From assembly GCA_001805445.1 (NCBI GenBank), contig MHGF01000038.1, positions 4,912 to 68,911 of the forward strand: DNA of 64,000 bases, in the 5' to 3' direction. The stretch is from Omnitrophica WOR_2 bacterium GWF2_43_52. GTDB lineage: Bacteria > Omnitrophota > Gorgyraeia > Gygaellales > UBA12090. Each line of letters opens with the position of its first letter. The first letter of the stretch is position 1. The notes beneath the pieces were generated by a model. The model was not told where the DNA came from. It did not search any database and was given only the letters and a program-made list of their open reading frames with translations. Shown one piece after another: positions 1-10,574 of this stretch. The position numbers and the translations under genes were made by a program.

Positions 1-555
1 CAAAGAGGTAATGCCCATGCCTTTTACTGTCAAAAGACTTAAGAAACCCATCGTAAGAAAGATGGCCATTGGGTCATTGCTGCCGGATTCAAATTCCAGC
101 AATGGCTTCAAAGGCTTTTTAAGGCTTATCCTTTTCGATCTGAGAATAGCGAATACAGTGGCAGCATCAGTTGAAGAAACGATAGAACCAAGAAGCATTC
201 CTTCCAAAATTGAAAATTTCAGGATATAGACAGCGAAAAACCCAATAATAATGGCTGTAAGCAAAACTCCCAATGTCGAAAGTATCAATCCCGGTAAAAC
301 AACTGATTTTGTATCTTTCCAATTAGTATCAAAACCTCCGGAGAAGATAATAAAAATGAGTGCAACAACGCCGGTGGATTTCGCCAACTGGGCATCATCA
401 AAATAAATTTTCCCGATTCCTTCCGAACCAGCAAGCATCCCGATCGTCAAAAATAGCAATAAAACAGGAACGGCAAATTTATCCGAGAGTTTGCTGGAAA
501 CAACGCTCACAAATAGTAAAACCGCAATCCATAATATAATAGTTTCAAATGCCAT
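1..555 (-). CDS. cvrA: K+/H+ antiporter, CPA1 family (5' part; runs off the window edge)
   Basis: Manual translation MAFETIILWIAVLLFVSVVSSKLSDKFAVPVLLLFLTIGMLAGSEGIG...SSTDAATVF...LLEFESGSNDPMA matches NhaP2/CvrA motifs; absent from the ORF track because it is truncated. Confidence 0.85.
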   Translation of the reverse strand, partial: MAFETIILWIAVLLFVSVVSSKLSDKFAVPVLLLFLTIGMLAGSEGIGKIYFDDAQLAKSTGVVALIFIIFSGGFDTNWKDTKSVVLPGLILSTLGVLLTAIIIGFFAVYILKFSILEGMLLGSIVSSTDAATVFAILRSKRISLKKPLKPLLEFESGSNDPMAIFLTMGFLSLLTVKGMGITSL

Positions 556-898
556 AATCATGCCTAATTATACTTCTTTTTCAATCTTACCTATAAATTT
601 TATATTGCCACTATTTTAATGTTACGTGGCAGTGCGTCCATCGGTTGGCTTCAAAACAGCGCTACGTGACCCGTCATTCTCGAAAAGCGCTTTAAGGAAG
701 CTCAACGTAGTCCTGTAGGACCGCACCCATCGGTTTGTCATAAATTTCTACAAAAACCCTCATGCTATAACTCTTGGTGAAACCAATTTCAAAATCGGCG
801 TTTCGAGAAATTCTCTAAGCGCAATTCCCCCGTTTCCCTCTATCAGCGTCTTTGCACGCGGGTACCGTTTTTTGAATGCACACAACCCCTTCGAGGCG

Positions 899-980
899 GA
901 ATCCCGACCGAACCGTTCCGACCAAAGCGTCGGAACTCCATCCGCGGCCTGAAGACCGCGGTTTTGAAGCGTCAGGATAA
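899..980. repeat. Palindromic intergenic element resembling IS200/IS605 ends, copy 1
   Basis: gaatcccgaccga...ctccatccgcggcctgaagaccgcggttttgaagcgtcaggataa is near-identical to 31247-31304. Confidence 0.75.
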
Positions 981-1038
981 GAATACGAAAAGCCTTTAGC
1001 GGGGTAAAATCGACCTGGGCAGGAAACCGTCAGTTTCG

Positions 1039-2073
1039 TTATTTCACAATCAGCTTCCCCTTCATCTTGCCATGGCCCATGCCGCAAAAAACACTGCAAT
1101 TGGTTCTAAATTCGCCTGTCTTATCCGCGATAAATTCAACCACCGCTTCTTTATCTGTCGGCATTACCAAATTTACCTTAAATTCAGGAATAGCAATACC
1201 ATGAGTTACATCTGTGCTTTTGGCGACGAAACGAATTTTTTCACCCTTTTTTACAACTATAGGGTCTGGCTCGAATTTAAACTTGGAAGCCTTTAACTCA
1301 ATAACCCTCACACCATTCTCCAATCTTCCGGAAAGACTCGATTCAACAGTTCCTGCCTTTTGCTCCTGAGGCGCGCTTGACGATTCTTTTACCTTTGCCT
1401 CTACTTTAACTGAAACCTCCGGGTATAAAGGGTCATTGCTGGCAATCATCACCTCACGAATCAAATCCCCCGCCTTTACACTTTTATGCGCCAGGTCTAA
1501 GATTACTTCTAAATCAGCGGTTTCATTCGGCTTTACTTCCATCTGCCATTCAGAAGGCGCGCCTTTAGTGTCAAAATACGGGCTTTTGCTGTTTCCCACT
1601 GCCAAAGAGGCAGTGGTACAGGTACACGATGCCTTTATATTTTTAATTAATAAACTAGCCGTACCTTTGTTGTAGAGCTTAAATACCTTGGTTACCTTGC
1701 CCTGGGCTTTATCAACCTGCCCAAAGTTAAACGCGGCCGGCTCTAAGATTATCTGCGGGCGGGTTTCACCTACTTCCGCAGTCAGCTTTTTTTCCAAAGT
1801 CTCCTTAAGTTGAGGGTCTAAAATGCTTCTTAGAGAAAACTTCTTGGCAACCTTATAGTAAATAGCTTCTTTAGGTACCTCTGTCTCTAACAACGCATCA
1901 ATGTATGCTTTCATCTCTTTGGCGTCCGGGCACTGGCATTCACTTAAAGCCATATTACAGCGGCGGTCGCGCAATTTAGAATAAATCTCCGCTTTTATAG
2001 CATCGTTGTTTTGAGCCCATGCAGATTGTGCTGTCAACATAACGGCTAAAAAGAACAAACTGACTTTCTTCAT
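1039..2073 (-). CDS. Exported multidomain protein: CcmH-like Cys domain + DUF1573 Ig-like domain + cupredoxin (CuA-type) domain
   Basis: Signal peptide; RCNMALSECQCPDA; FNFGQV...IKASCTCT; DVTHG...CSVFCGMGHGKM; GGAGG RBS. Confidence 0.7.
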   Translation of the reverse strand: MKKVSLFFLAVMLTAQSAWAQNNDAIKAEIYSKLRDRRCNMALSECQCPDAKEMKAYIDALLETEVPKEAIYYKVAKKFSLRSILDPQLKETLEKKLTAEVGETRPQIILEPAAFNFGQVDKAQGKVTKVFKLYNKGTASLLIKNIKASCTCTTASLAVGNSKSPYFDTKGAPSEWQMEVKPNETADLEVILDLAHKSVKAGDLIREVMIASNDPLYPEVSVKVEAKVKESSSAPQEQKAGTVESSLSGRLENGVRVIELKASKFKFEPDPIVVKKGEKIRFVAKSTDVTHGIAIPEFKVNLVMPTDKEAVVEFIADKTGEFRTNCSVFCGMGHGKMKGKLIVK

Positions 2074-2151
2074 CACACTACCTCCCATGTTAGAAATAAT
2101 ACGCGCGTCGTATAATCCATAGACTATAGACTATGGGCTATCGACTCTTAT

Positions 2152-2514
2152 TTATTTCTCCTTTTGCTTTTCCTCTTCTATTTTCTTGATATATTTTTGA
2201 GGGTCTTTCTTGAATTCATCAATGCACATCGCGCAGCAGAAATTATAGATGTTACCCTCGTATTCATACGTTGCCTTATTTTTTTCCTCTATTTTTTCGC
2301 CGCCTACAGGGCAAATTTTGTTCCCTACATTCACTGCTTCTTTTACGGCTTCTACAACCTCTATCGCGGGGGTATGTTCATGCGCGCCTGTATCCGCCTG
2401 CGCTATTGCGCTATGGTTTTCTTCTGCCTCTACGTACATCATCGCCAAAGACAATCCATTACTACCAAAAGTAATAATTCCGATAAATAACAATGCTGTT
2501 GCTTTCTTAAACAT
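2152..2514 (-). CDS. YHS-domain metal-binding protein
   Basis: NKICPVGGE...YEYEGNIYNFCCAMCIDEFKKDPQKY; start moved to the ATG after AAGGAGG. Confidence 0.85.
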   Translation of the reverse strand: MFKKATALLFIGIITFGSNGLSLAMMYVEAEENHSAIAQADTGAHEHTPAIEVVEAVKEAVNVGNKICPVGGEKIEEKNKATYEYEGNIYNFCCAMCIDEFKKDPQKYIKKIEEEKQKEK

Positions 2515-2623
2515 ATGTATATCCTCCTTACGTGAGTAGTGAGTAGATAGTAGTAAGTACACTCTGTACACAGGACAATTATCTACTTACTACTATCTAC
2601 TCTCTACTTTTTTGTTGGGTAGT

Positions 2624-2710
2624 TTAACGTCGTACCCAGGACAAAATACCGCAGCCTTCTTTGCAGTGTGCAACAGGCCTCATCATCCAGCGGATAGTAT
2701 TGCGTGCCAT
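2624..2710 (-). CDS. Putative 28-aa small protein MARNTIRWMMRPVAHCKEGCGILSWVRR
   Basis: Strong GGAGGTGA Shine-Dalgarno just upstream of the ATG; lies within the operon; below the ORF-track length cut-off. Confidence 0.45.
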   Translation of the reverse strand: MARNTIRWMMRPVAHCKEGCGILSWVRR

Positions 2711-2725
2711 AGGATAATCACCTCC

Positions 2726-3052
2726 TTACGTTTTTTTTAATTCCTTAGTTAAGAAATAACTCAATATTGTCCTAATCACCACTACCGCCCCTAAGATAGC
2801 CAAGCTCTCCCAGGTAGGCGTAATAATAGTCTTGATGATATCTCCGGCAATAAAGAATTCCAGCCCCAACACCAGGTAACTACCTAAGGTAATACGGATA
2901 GGCTCATTAAGCCCGAGGGCATCTTTTTTCCCGGAGAATTCTTTTTTCAAAAATTCTCCTAACGCGATCACTACACCCCGAAGAGTAATTAAAGCGCCGA
3001 TGATATTTAAGGTAAAACTGATACCGTTAATAAGGGTATGAAAAGCATCCAT
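2726..3052 (-). CDS. DUF1622 membrane protein
   Basis: RITLGSYLVLGLEFFIAGDIIKTI...LGAVVVIRTILSYFL signature. Confidence 0.85.
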   Translation of the reverse strand: MDAFHTLINGISFTLNIIGALITLRGVVIALGEFLKKEFSGKKDALGLNEPIRITLGSYLVLGLEFFIAGDIIKTIITPTWESLAILGAVVVIRTILSYFLTKELKKT

Positions 3053-3094
3053 TTCCCCCTCCTCCCATGTTTATGCCTGGCATTATCTTATCTC

Positions 3095-4366
3095 CTATCT
3101 GCCCCACACAACCCACACCAAAAGATAGGCTGCAACTACCGCCACAAGCGTAAAAGGCAGGCCTATCTTCATAAAATGAGTAAACTTGACCGGATAGCCT
3201 TCTTTTTTCAGCAGGCCGCAGGCAACAATATTAGCCGACGCCCCAATTGGAGTAATATTGCCTCCTAAGCTCGCCCCGATAAGCAGGCCGAAAAGAAATA
3301 ACGAAGGATTGACCGCTAATTTACCGGACATAGTGATTGCTACAGGAAGCATTGCCGCTAAAAAAGGGACGTTATCCACAAACGCGGATAAAAAGACGGC
3401 GATAAAAACAAGCAAGGTATAGCCTAAGAATATATTTTCCCCCACAAGCCCTGAGAGGAAATGCGCGGTTGTCTCAATCCATCCGGTTGAGCTAATGCTG
3501 CCTACCAAAATGAAAATTCCTACCAAAAACAAGGTGGTCTCCCAGTCCAAAGATTTTATTCCCTCAATAATAGAGCCCTTATTGACAAGTTTTTCCCACA
3601 GGATTGCTATTATGCCAAACACTATACAAATGATACCCGCGGCATAGGAAAATCCCGTATCAAAAAAAGAGGACAACGCCAGCAAGACAATAAGGCTTAC
3701 TAAGAGTATTGTAGGGACCCATGAACGCACCTTTTCAACCGGAATAAGCGTAGTTTTTTCCCTAAGATTTCTAAAAATAAAATATAACACAAAAAAAGAG
3801 GCGATTGCCCCTAACTCAACCGCGAAGAAGATACTGGGGCGTCCCTTATAAAAAAAGAAGTCCCAAAAGGTCATCTTGGCAAAACCGCCTAAAAGCATAC
3901 TGGGAGGATCCCCAATCAGCGTTGCAACCCCTTGCAAATTGCTAGAGATGGCAATGGCAATCATCATATTCGTCGGGTTTATTTTTAGTTTTTTGGCTAA
4001 AGATAAGGCAATGGGCGCGACAATCAAAACCGTTGCCACATTCTCCACAAATGCTGAGATAAAACCGGCAAGCGCGCAGATTAAAAGTATTGACCAAGCG
4101 GTATTCTTGGCTTTATCAACGATTATCTCAGCGATATACGCGGGGACCCGGCTCTCCATAAAGATATCCGCTACCACTAATGTCCCGACGAATATCCCCA
4201 TCACATTCCAGTTAATGGCGAAGAATGCCTGTTGAGGGCTTATCACCCCTAATAAAACCAAAAGCAGCGCGGCCGTAACCGCAATATGCGTCCTTTTCTT
4301 GGGCAAGAAAACAAAAAGAATATACGCGCTGATAAAGATCAAAAGCGCCGTTGCCTTGGTTTCCAT
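3095..4366 (-). CDS. ArsB/NhaD/SLC13-family ion permease
   Basis: SAFVENVATVL, ATLIGDPP, SAFVDNVP and GGNITPIGASAN motifs; many TM helices; start uncertain. Confidence 0.85.
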   Translation of the reverse strand: METKATALLIFISAYILFVFLPKKRTHIAVTAALLLVLLGVISPQQAFFAINWNVMGIFVGTLVVADIFMESRVPAYIAEIIVDKAKNTAWSILLICALAGFISAFVENVATVLIVAPIALSLAKKLKINPTNMMIAIAISSNLQGVATLIGDPPSMLLGGFAKMTFWDFFFYKGRPSIFFAVELGAIASFFVLYFIFRNLREKTTLIPVEKVRSWVPTILLVSLIVLLALSSFFDTGFSYAAGIICIVFGIIAILWEKLVNKGSIIEGIKSLDWETTLFLVGIFILVGSISSTGWIETTAHFLSGLVGENIFLGYTLLVFIAVFLSAFVDNVPFLAAMLPVAITMSGKLAVNPSLFLFGLLIGASLGGNITPIGASANIVACGLLKKEGYPVKFTHFMKIGLPFTLVAVVAAYLLVWVVWGR

Positions 4367-4396
4367 AAAACTCATCATAATCGTAACCAATATATT

Positions 4397-4440
4397 TAAT
4401 TCCAATGCGGGTTTGGAATTCCAAACCCGCATTGGAATTA
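4397..4440. repeat. Perfect 44-bp loopless palindrome
   Basis: taattccaatgcgggtttggaa|ttccaaacccgcattggaatta. Confidence 0.9.
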
Positions 4441-4455
4441 CTTTGGTTTTATTTA

Positions 4456-7200
4456 CTAAAGCCCCTTTAAGAAATTCCGTTTTCTATTAATAAGCTTTAC
4501 GATCTCCATCGCCCAGAGAGGAAACGATGAAATGCCCACCACCAAAACCCAATCAAATATCCCTAAGGCCTCGGTTTTAAATATCTTTTGCAAAAACGGT
4601 ATATAGACAACCGCCATCTGCAGGAAAAACGATACGCCTGTAGCTAGAATAAGCTTCTTATTGGTGAATATCCCTATTTTAAACAATGATTCCGTCATAC
4701 TCCGGCAGTTATAGGAATGAAATAACTGGCTGCATGATAACACGATAAATGCCGCGGTACGCGCCCGTTCAATACCTTCTTTTTCAATAAACAGCACAAA
4801 GGTAAACGCCAGCAAACTGCAAAAGGCAATAAACGCCCCTTGCGCGAGCATCAAAAATGCCCTCTGCTTAGTAACCACCTTTTCATTGATTTTTCGGGGA
4901 GGCCTCCGCATAATGTGCGGGTCAACAGAATCAACCCCCAAGGCCAAGGCAGGAAAACCGTCGGTAACCAGATTAATCCAAAGGATATGGATAGGCAAAA
5001 GCGGTACCGGCAGCCCCACCAGGGAGGAAACAAACATCACCAGTATTTCTCCGGCATTGCAGGACAACAGGTAGTGCACAAATTTCTTGATGTTATCGTA
5101 GATGCCCCTGCCTTCTTCTACCGCCGCCACAATAGAGGCAAAATTATCATCGGTAATAACCATATCCGATACTTCCTTGGTCACATCGGTCCCGGTAATA
5201 CCCATAGCCACGCCGATATCCGCCTCCTTAACCGCCGGGGCATCGTTAACGCCGTCACCGGTCATCGCAGCGATTTCTCCTTTTGAGCGCCAGGCCCTGA
5301 CAATACGCAGCTTATGTTCTGGAGAAACCCTGGCGTAGACCGGTATCCTCTCTACCTCTTTAGCAAACTGTTCATCACTAAGCCGGTCCAATTCCTCTCC
5401 GGTGAGCGCCAAAGAACCCTCTTTAAAAAATCCCAATTCCTTAGCAATGGCTACCGCGGTATTCTTGTGGTCACCGGTAATCATCACGCTTTTTATCCCT
5501 GCCCGCGCGCATTCGGCAATCGCCTTTTTCACTTCTTCTCTGGGAGGATCAATCATGGCAATTAACCCCGCGAAGGTAAGCTCACGCTCAATAAGTGTTG
5601 CTTCATAAGCCCGCGGGGCCGTATCCAGCCTACTGTAGGCCACTGCCAAGACCCTCAGCGCGGAGTTAGCCAAATCGCTGTTTACCGTAAGTATTTTTTT
5701 TCTATCATCATCAGTAAGCGCGCGCGCGCTGCCTTTTTCTTCAATTGCCGTACAATCACCAAGCAAAATATCCGGCGCTCCTTTAACAAACGCGACTAAC
5801 CCTTCTTTATCTTTTCGCACGATGGTCATTTTTTTGCGCTCTGAATCAAACGGAATTTCTTCCGTAAAAAGAAATTGTTCTTCCAGCTTTTCTTTCCATA
5901 AACCGGCTTTCGCGGCCGCGCTTAAAAGCGCTCCTTCGGTAGGGTCACCGACAATTTTATAACCTCCGTTATTTTTTTGTAATTCCGCGCCGTTACAGAG
6001 TACCGCGCAGCGTAACGCCGTATGTAATCCGGGATAATCAACCGGATTCACCGCTTTTTCATTAAACAAAAAATCTCCCTTTGGCTCATAACCGACGCCA
6101 GTTACTTTTAATAAAGCGTTGTCAGCAGAAACTACCTGCACGGTCATTTCATTCTTGGTAAGGGTGCCTGTCTTATCCGAACAAATCACTGTGGCACAGC
6201 CTAAGGTTTCAACTGAAGGCAATTTTCGGATAAGGGCATGGCGCTTGACCATCCGCTGAACTCCAAGAGCTAAGGCAATGGTTACTACTGCCGGCAGGCC
6301 TTCAGGGATAGCGGCTACCGCGAGGCTTACCGCGATAAGAAATACATCAATAAGTTTTCCGCCGCGCAGCCACTCTAAAAGAAAAACCAAACCCACAAGG
6401 ATAAAACACAAATATACTATCCATTTCCCGAATTCCTCTAACTTCTTCTGTAACGGCGTGGCCTCTTCTTTTACCTCCTGAATCATCCCGGCGATTTTGC
6501 CTAATTCTGTCTGCATGCCGGTTTCACAGACCAGCGCCCTTGCCTTACCCGCGGCAACTGAAGTCCCCATATAGGCCATATTGGCACGCTCAGCTAAAGG
6601 TATTTCCTGCCTATCGGCCCCGCCAGCGACGGGGCTGACAGGCAGGCTTTTTCCTAAAGGTAAGATGGCCTTCAATACCGGAGTAGATTCTCCGGTAAGG
6701 CTAGCCTCCTGGGTCGATAAATTAGCCGTAAGCCATACAATGCGGCTGTCTGCCGGGATATTATCACCAGCCTCCAATGCAATCAGGTCTCCCGGAACCA
6801 ATTCGTGTGAAGCGATAACACCATGCTGGCCGTCACGGATAACCTTGGAAGTAGGCGAAGATAATTTTTTTAAGGCGGCCATAGATTTTTCCGCCCGGTA
6901 CTCCTGAACAAAACCCAAAATGGCATTAAGGATGACAATGACAATAATGGCAGACGCGTCAACCCACTCTTTAAGGAATCCGGAAACCAGGGCCGCGGCA
7001 ATTAAAATCCAGACAATAAAATTCTGAAATTGGCTTAAGAAAATACTAAAAGGGCTTACCGGCTTTTTCTCTTTCAGCTGGTTCGGCCCGTATTTCTGAA
7101 GCCTTGCACGCGCCTCATCGGATGCCAACCCAAGAGACGAATTCGCTTCTAATGTTTGCACTACTTCATCAATAGTAAGATGCCACCATTGTTTAGCCAT
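4456..7200 (-). CDS. P-type IIA (Ca2+-type) cation-transporting ATPase
   Basis: [28 protein letters not shown] and [10 protein letters not shown] motifs. Confidence 0.95.
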   Translation of the reverse strand: MAKQWWHLTIDEVVQTLEANSSLGLASDEARARLQKYGPNQLKEKKPVSPFSIFLSQFQNFIVWILIAAALVSGFLKEWVDASAIIVIVILNAILGFVQEYRAEKSMAALKKLSSPTSKVIRDGQHGVIASHELVPGDLIALEAGDNIPADSRIVWLTANLSTQEASLTGESTPVLKAILPLGKSLPVSPVAGGADRQEIPLAERANMAYMGTSVAAGKARALVCETGMQTELGKIAGMIQEVKEEATPLQKKLEEFGKWIVYLCFILVGLVFLLEWLRGGKLIDVFLIAVSLAVAAIPEGLPAVVTIALALGVQRMVKRHALIRKLPSVETLGCATVICSDKTGTLTKNEMTVQVVSADNALLKVTGVGYEPKGDFLFNEKAVNPVDYPGLHTALRCAVLCNGAELQKNNGGYKIVGDPTEGALLSAAAKAGLWKEKLEEQFLFTEEIPFDSERKKMTIVRKDKEGLVAFVKGAPDILLGDCTAIEEKGSARALTDDDRKKILTVNSDLANSALRVLAVAYSRLDTAPRAYEATLIERELTFAGLIAMIDPPREEVKKAIAECARAGIKSVMITGDHKNTAVAIAKELGFFKEGSLALTGEELDRLSDEQFAKEVERIPVYARVSPEHKLRIVRAWRSKGEIAAMTGDGVNDAPAVKEADIGVAMGITGTDVTKEVSDMVITDDNFASIVAAVEEGRGIYDNIKKFVHYLLSCNAGEILVMFVSSLVGLPVPLLPIHILWINLVTDGFPALALGVDSVDPHIMRRPPRKINEKVVTKQRAFLMLAQGAFIAFCSLLAFTFVLFIEKEGIERARTAAFIVLSCSQLFHSYNCRSMTESLFKIGIFTNKKLILATGVSFFLQMAVVYIPFLQKIFKTEALGIFDWVLVVGISSFPLWAMEIVKLINRKRNFLKGL

Positions 7201-10200
7201 CCGTGTCCCTCTTTGCAAAATCAACCTTCCAAATCACATAAAAAACCGGTATCACAATTAAAGACAGAATCAGGGCTGTAAACAGCCCGAAGATAATCGG
7301 CGCGGTATAGCGCTTTAAAAACTCCCCGCCAATGCCGCTGGCCCACATTGCCGGCATAAGCCCCAGGATATCCGCGGAGCAGGTCATCATTGCCGGCCTA
7401 AGGGCACGAGAGGCACCTTCGCTAATAGCCGCGTAAATATCTTCTTTAGCCTTTATTTTCCCCTCATTTTTGCGTTTGTCATACGCAACGGTAATAAAGG
7501 TAATAACAAGAGCGCATAAGGCCGCCCCGATGCCAATAACCTCCATCATCCCGGCATAGACGGCGATGGATTTATTAAAACCCAAAAGCCTGATGCTCCA
7601 GGCCGCGCCGATTGCGGTAAAAGGCATTGCCAGCATAATAAAAACAGTAGAAACAACTGACTTGAAATTAAAATAATATAATAGGAAAATAATCAAAAGT
7701 GTGGCAGGGATAAAAATACCCAGCCTCTTTTTCACCCGCTCCATATATTCATACTGCCCGCTCCATGAAAGCGAATATCCCGCGGGCAATTGCACCTTTT
7801 CCCGCACCGCCTTTTTGGCATCCCGGACATAACTGCCAATGTCACGGCCGGCCATATCCACATAGACATAGCCGGAAAGCATCCCGTTCTCATTCCTAAT
7901 CATTGCCGGGCCTAAGCTTACCTTAATATCCGCTAATTGCTCTAATGGCACCTGAGCCCCACTCTTGGTGGGAACTAAAACCCGCCTTAACTTATCCAAA
8001 TCATCGCGCAATTCCCGGGCATAACGCAGATTCACCGGATAACGCTCCCTGCCTTCAATGATAGTAGTGATATTTTCTCCCCCTACCGCCGACATTATCA
8101 CCATTTCGGCTTCCTCTATACTCAAGCCGTAACGAGCCAGCTGCTGGCGCTTTAAATCAAAGTCTACAAAGTACCCTCCCGCGGTGCGCTCGGCATAGAT
8201 ACTACGCGTACCCGGAACATCTTTTAACACCATCTCAAGATGCTCACCTACTTTCTCAATCTCTTTTAAATCCGAACCGAAGATTTTTATCCCCACCGGT
8301 GTGCGCACACCGGTAGTCAACATATCAATCCGGGCCTTAATCGGCATAGTCCAGGCATTGGTAGTGCCGGGAAACTGCATGTGATCATCCATCTCAGCAG
8401 TCAACTCTTCAAAGCTCATCGGCCGCTTGAAAGCAGGAAATGATTTTCCGAATAGAGGAACCTTTCTCCACTCTTCTCTGGGCTTCAAAATCACGGTAGT
8501 TTCCATCATTGAAAAAGGGGCAGGGTCAGTAGAGGTTTCGGCACGTCCGGCCTTGCCAAAAACCCTTTCTACCTCAGGGAAACTCTTTAAGATTTTATCC
8601 TGGGCCTGAAGCAGTTTAGAGGCCTCGGTAACTGATAAACCCGGTAAGGTAGTCGGCATATATAGTATGCTTCCTTCATATAAAGGCGGCATAAACTCTG
8701 AGCCTAATTTTAAAAAAACCGGAACAGTCACAGCCAAAACCGCGATTAATATCAAGACCACAACCTTACGACTCCTGAATGCCCAGGCGAGAACTTTTTT
8801 ATGGCATTTAGCCAGGAAGCGTGAGGCAAAATGTTCATCCAATGCCCGGGGTTTAGTCTTACGCAGAAATATCATAATTAAAGCCGGGACTAAAGTAATA
8901 GAAAGCACTGCCCCGAAGAAAACTGAAAATATCTGGGTAGCAGCCATAGGCCGAAAGAGCCTGCCTTCCTGTCCGACTAAGCTAAAAAGCGGCAAGAACC
9001 CGATAACCGTAACCATAAGCGATGAAAATATCGGTGCTCCGACCTCTTTCATCGCCTCAATCATTACCTGAGCGCGCTCACCATTGATCTTTCCTTCTCG
9101 CAGGTCGCATAACTTTGAATGGACATTTTCAACCAAAACTACCCCCACATCCACCATATCTCCTATAGCCAACACTATGCCCATAATTGACATTATATTT
9201 ACGGTAAGGCGCATCCCCAGCATCGGAATAAAGGCAATCAATGCCGCGGCCGGAAGAAGTAGTATCGGCATCATTGCCGAAGGAATATGCAAGAGGAAAA
9301 AAATAATCATTACCGCCACAATCAGGAAGTCTTCAATGAGGACCTCGCTAATAGTGTCAATTGATTTCTTGATTAAGTCAGTGCGGTCATAGGCGGTAAC
9401 TATCTTTACCCCCTTAGGAAGTGACGGCTCTATTTCTTTTAGTTTTTCCTTAACCCTTTTAATCACCTCTAACGCGCTTTCACCGTGGCGCATCACCACA
9501 ATCCCGCCTACGCAGTCTCCTTTGCCGTCTAATTCTGCCACGCCCCGGCGGATATCCGGGCCTAAGGAAACATTCGCGATATGCTTTATCAAAATAGGTG
9601 TTCCGCTTTTGGCATCCACTCCTACCACAATCTCTTCTAAATCCTTAACGGATTTAGCATACCCCCGGCCCCTGACCATATACTCAGTCCCGGAAAATTC
9701 CAATAGCCGGCCGCCCACATCATTATTGCCCTTACGGATGGCCTCTGCCACTTCAGTAATAGGGATGTTGTAAATCAGGAGTTTGTTAGGGTCAATGTTG
9801 ACTTGATACTGCCTGACAAAGCCGCCGACAGTAGCTACCTCAGCCACACCGGGAACACTCTGCAGGTAATAACGCAAATACCAATCCTGAAAGGTGCGCA
9901 GGTCAGCTAAAGAGTTCTGGCCGGTTTCATCCACCAAAGCGTATTGAAAAACCCATCCCACACCGGTAGCATCCGGCCCCAATTCCGTGCGCACACCATC
10001 GGGAAGACGAGAGGTGATTTTAGAAAGATACTCTAAGACCCTGCTCCTTGCCCAATAGATGTCAGTCCCGTCCTGGAAAATGACATACACATAAGAATAG
10101 CCGAAATCCGAGAATCCCCGAATGGCCTTAACCTTAGGCGCGCCCAATAAGGCAGTTACTATAGGATAGGTTACCTGGTCCTCCAGGATATCCGGAGAGC

Positions 10201-10372
10201 GGTCCCAGCGGGAATAAATGATGACCTGCGTATCCGAAAGGTCAGGGAGGGCATCCAAAGGCAAACTCTTTAAAGCCAAAGCCCCAGCCAGGACTGCCGC
10301 TATAACCAGGATAAAAACAATAAACTTATTCCTGGCGCAAAATTCTATAATCTTTTCAATAAAGGTTCTCAT
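7193..10372 (-). CDS. cusA: CusA/SilA-type heavy-metal RND efflux permease
   Basis: LDALPDLSDTQVII, GPDATGVGWVFQY, GSEFMPPLYEG, AWTMPIKARIDML. Confidence 0.9.
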   Translation of the reverse strand: MRTFIEKIIEFCARNKFIVFILVIAAVLAGALALKSLPLDALPDLSDTQVIIYSRWDRSPDILEDQVTYPIVTALLGAPKVKAIRGFSDFGYSYVYVIFQDGTDIYWARSRVLEYLSKITSRLPDGVRTELGPDATGVGWVFQYALVDETGQNSLADLRTFQDWYLRYYLQSVPGVAEVATVGGFVRQYQVNIDPNKLLIYNIPITEVAEAIRKGNNDVGGRLLEFSGTEYMVRGRGYAKSVKDLEEIVVGVDAKSGTPILIKHIANVSLGPDIRRGVAELDGKGDCVGGIVVMRHGESALEVIKRVKEKLKEIEPSLPKGVKIVTAYDRTDLIKKSIDTISEVLIEDFLIVAVMIIFFLLHIPSAMMPILLLPAAALIAFIPMLGMRLTVNIMSIMGIVLAIGDMVDVGVVLVENVHSKLCDLREGKINGERAQVMIEAMKEVGAPIFSSLMVTVIGFLPLFSLVGQEGRLFRPMAATQIFSVFFGAVLSITLVPALIMIFLRKTKPRALDEHFASRFLAKCHKKVLAWAFRSRKVVVLILIAVLAVTVPVFLKLGSEFMPPLYEGSILYMPTTLPGLSVTEASKLLQAQDKILKSFPEVERVFGKAGRAETSTDPAPFSMMETTVILKPREEWRKVPLFGKSFPAFKRPMSFEELTAEMDDHMQFPGTTNAWTMPIKARIDMLTTGVRTPVGIKIFGSDLKEIEKVGEHLEMVLKDVPGTRSIYAERTAGGYFVDFDLKRQQLARYGLSIEEAEMVIMSAVGGENITTIIEGRERYPVNLRYARELRDDLDKLRRVLVPTKSGAQVPLEQLADIKVSLGPAMIRNENGMLSGYVYVDMAGRDIGSYVRDAKKAVREKVQLPAGYSLSWSGQYEYMERVKKRLGIFIPATLLIIFLLYYFNFKSVVSTVFIMLAMPFTAIGAAWSIRLLGFNKSIAVYAGMMEVIGIGAALCALVITFITVAYDKRKNEGKIKAKEDIYAAISEGASRALRPAMMTCSADILGLMPAMWASGIGGEFLKRYTAPIIFGLFTALILSLIVIPVFYVIWKVDFAKRDTDG

Positions 10373-10389
10373 GATTTATTTATAACATA

Positions 10390-10547
10390 GCGTGGATGCC
10401 AAGGTTGTGTTTGAGCAGGGCGTACGGAAATTTTTGCAGCTTGGCCGCCGAGCGGTAAGCGAGGCGTGCAAAAATTTACGCCGAGTGAGGCTTGCCGCAG
10501 GAGCAAGCCGAACGTCCCTGCGAAAATACAACCTTGGCATCCATGCC
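10390..10547. repeat. MITE-like nested inverted-repeat element
   Basis: Outer arms ggatgccaaggttg / caaccttggcatcc; inner arms aaatttttgca / tgcaaaaattt; further hairpin ggcttg / caagcc. Confidence 0.7.
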
Positions 10548-10574
10548 TTATCTGAAGAAATTTTCCATAATAAA

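Noticed and set aside
600-890. Possible riboswitch upstream of the K+/H+ antiporter
   Set aside because: Some repeated and complementary segments are present, but I could not match c-di-AMP, nhaA or Na+ riboswitch consensus by eye; needs an Rfam scan
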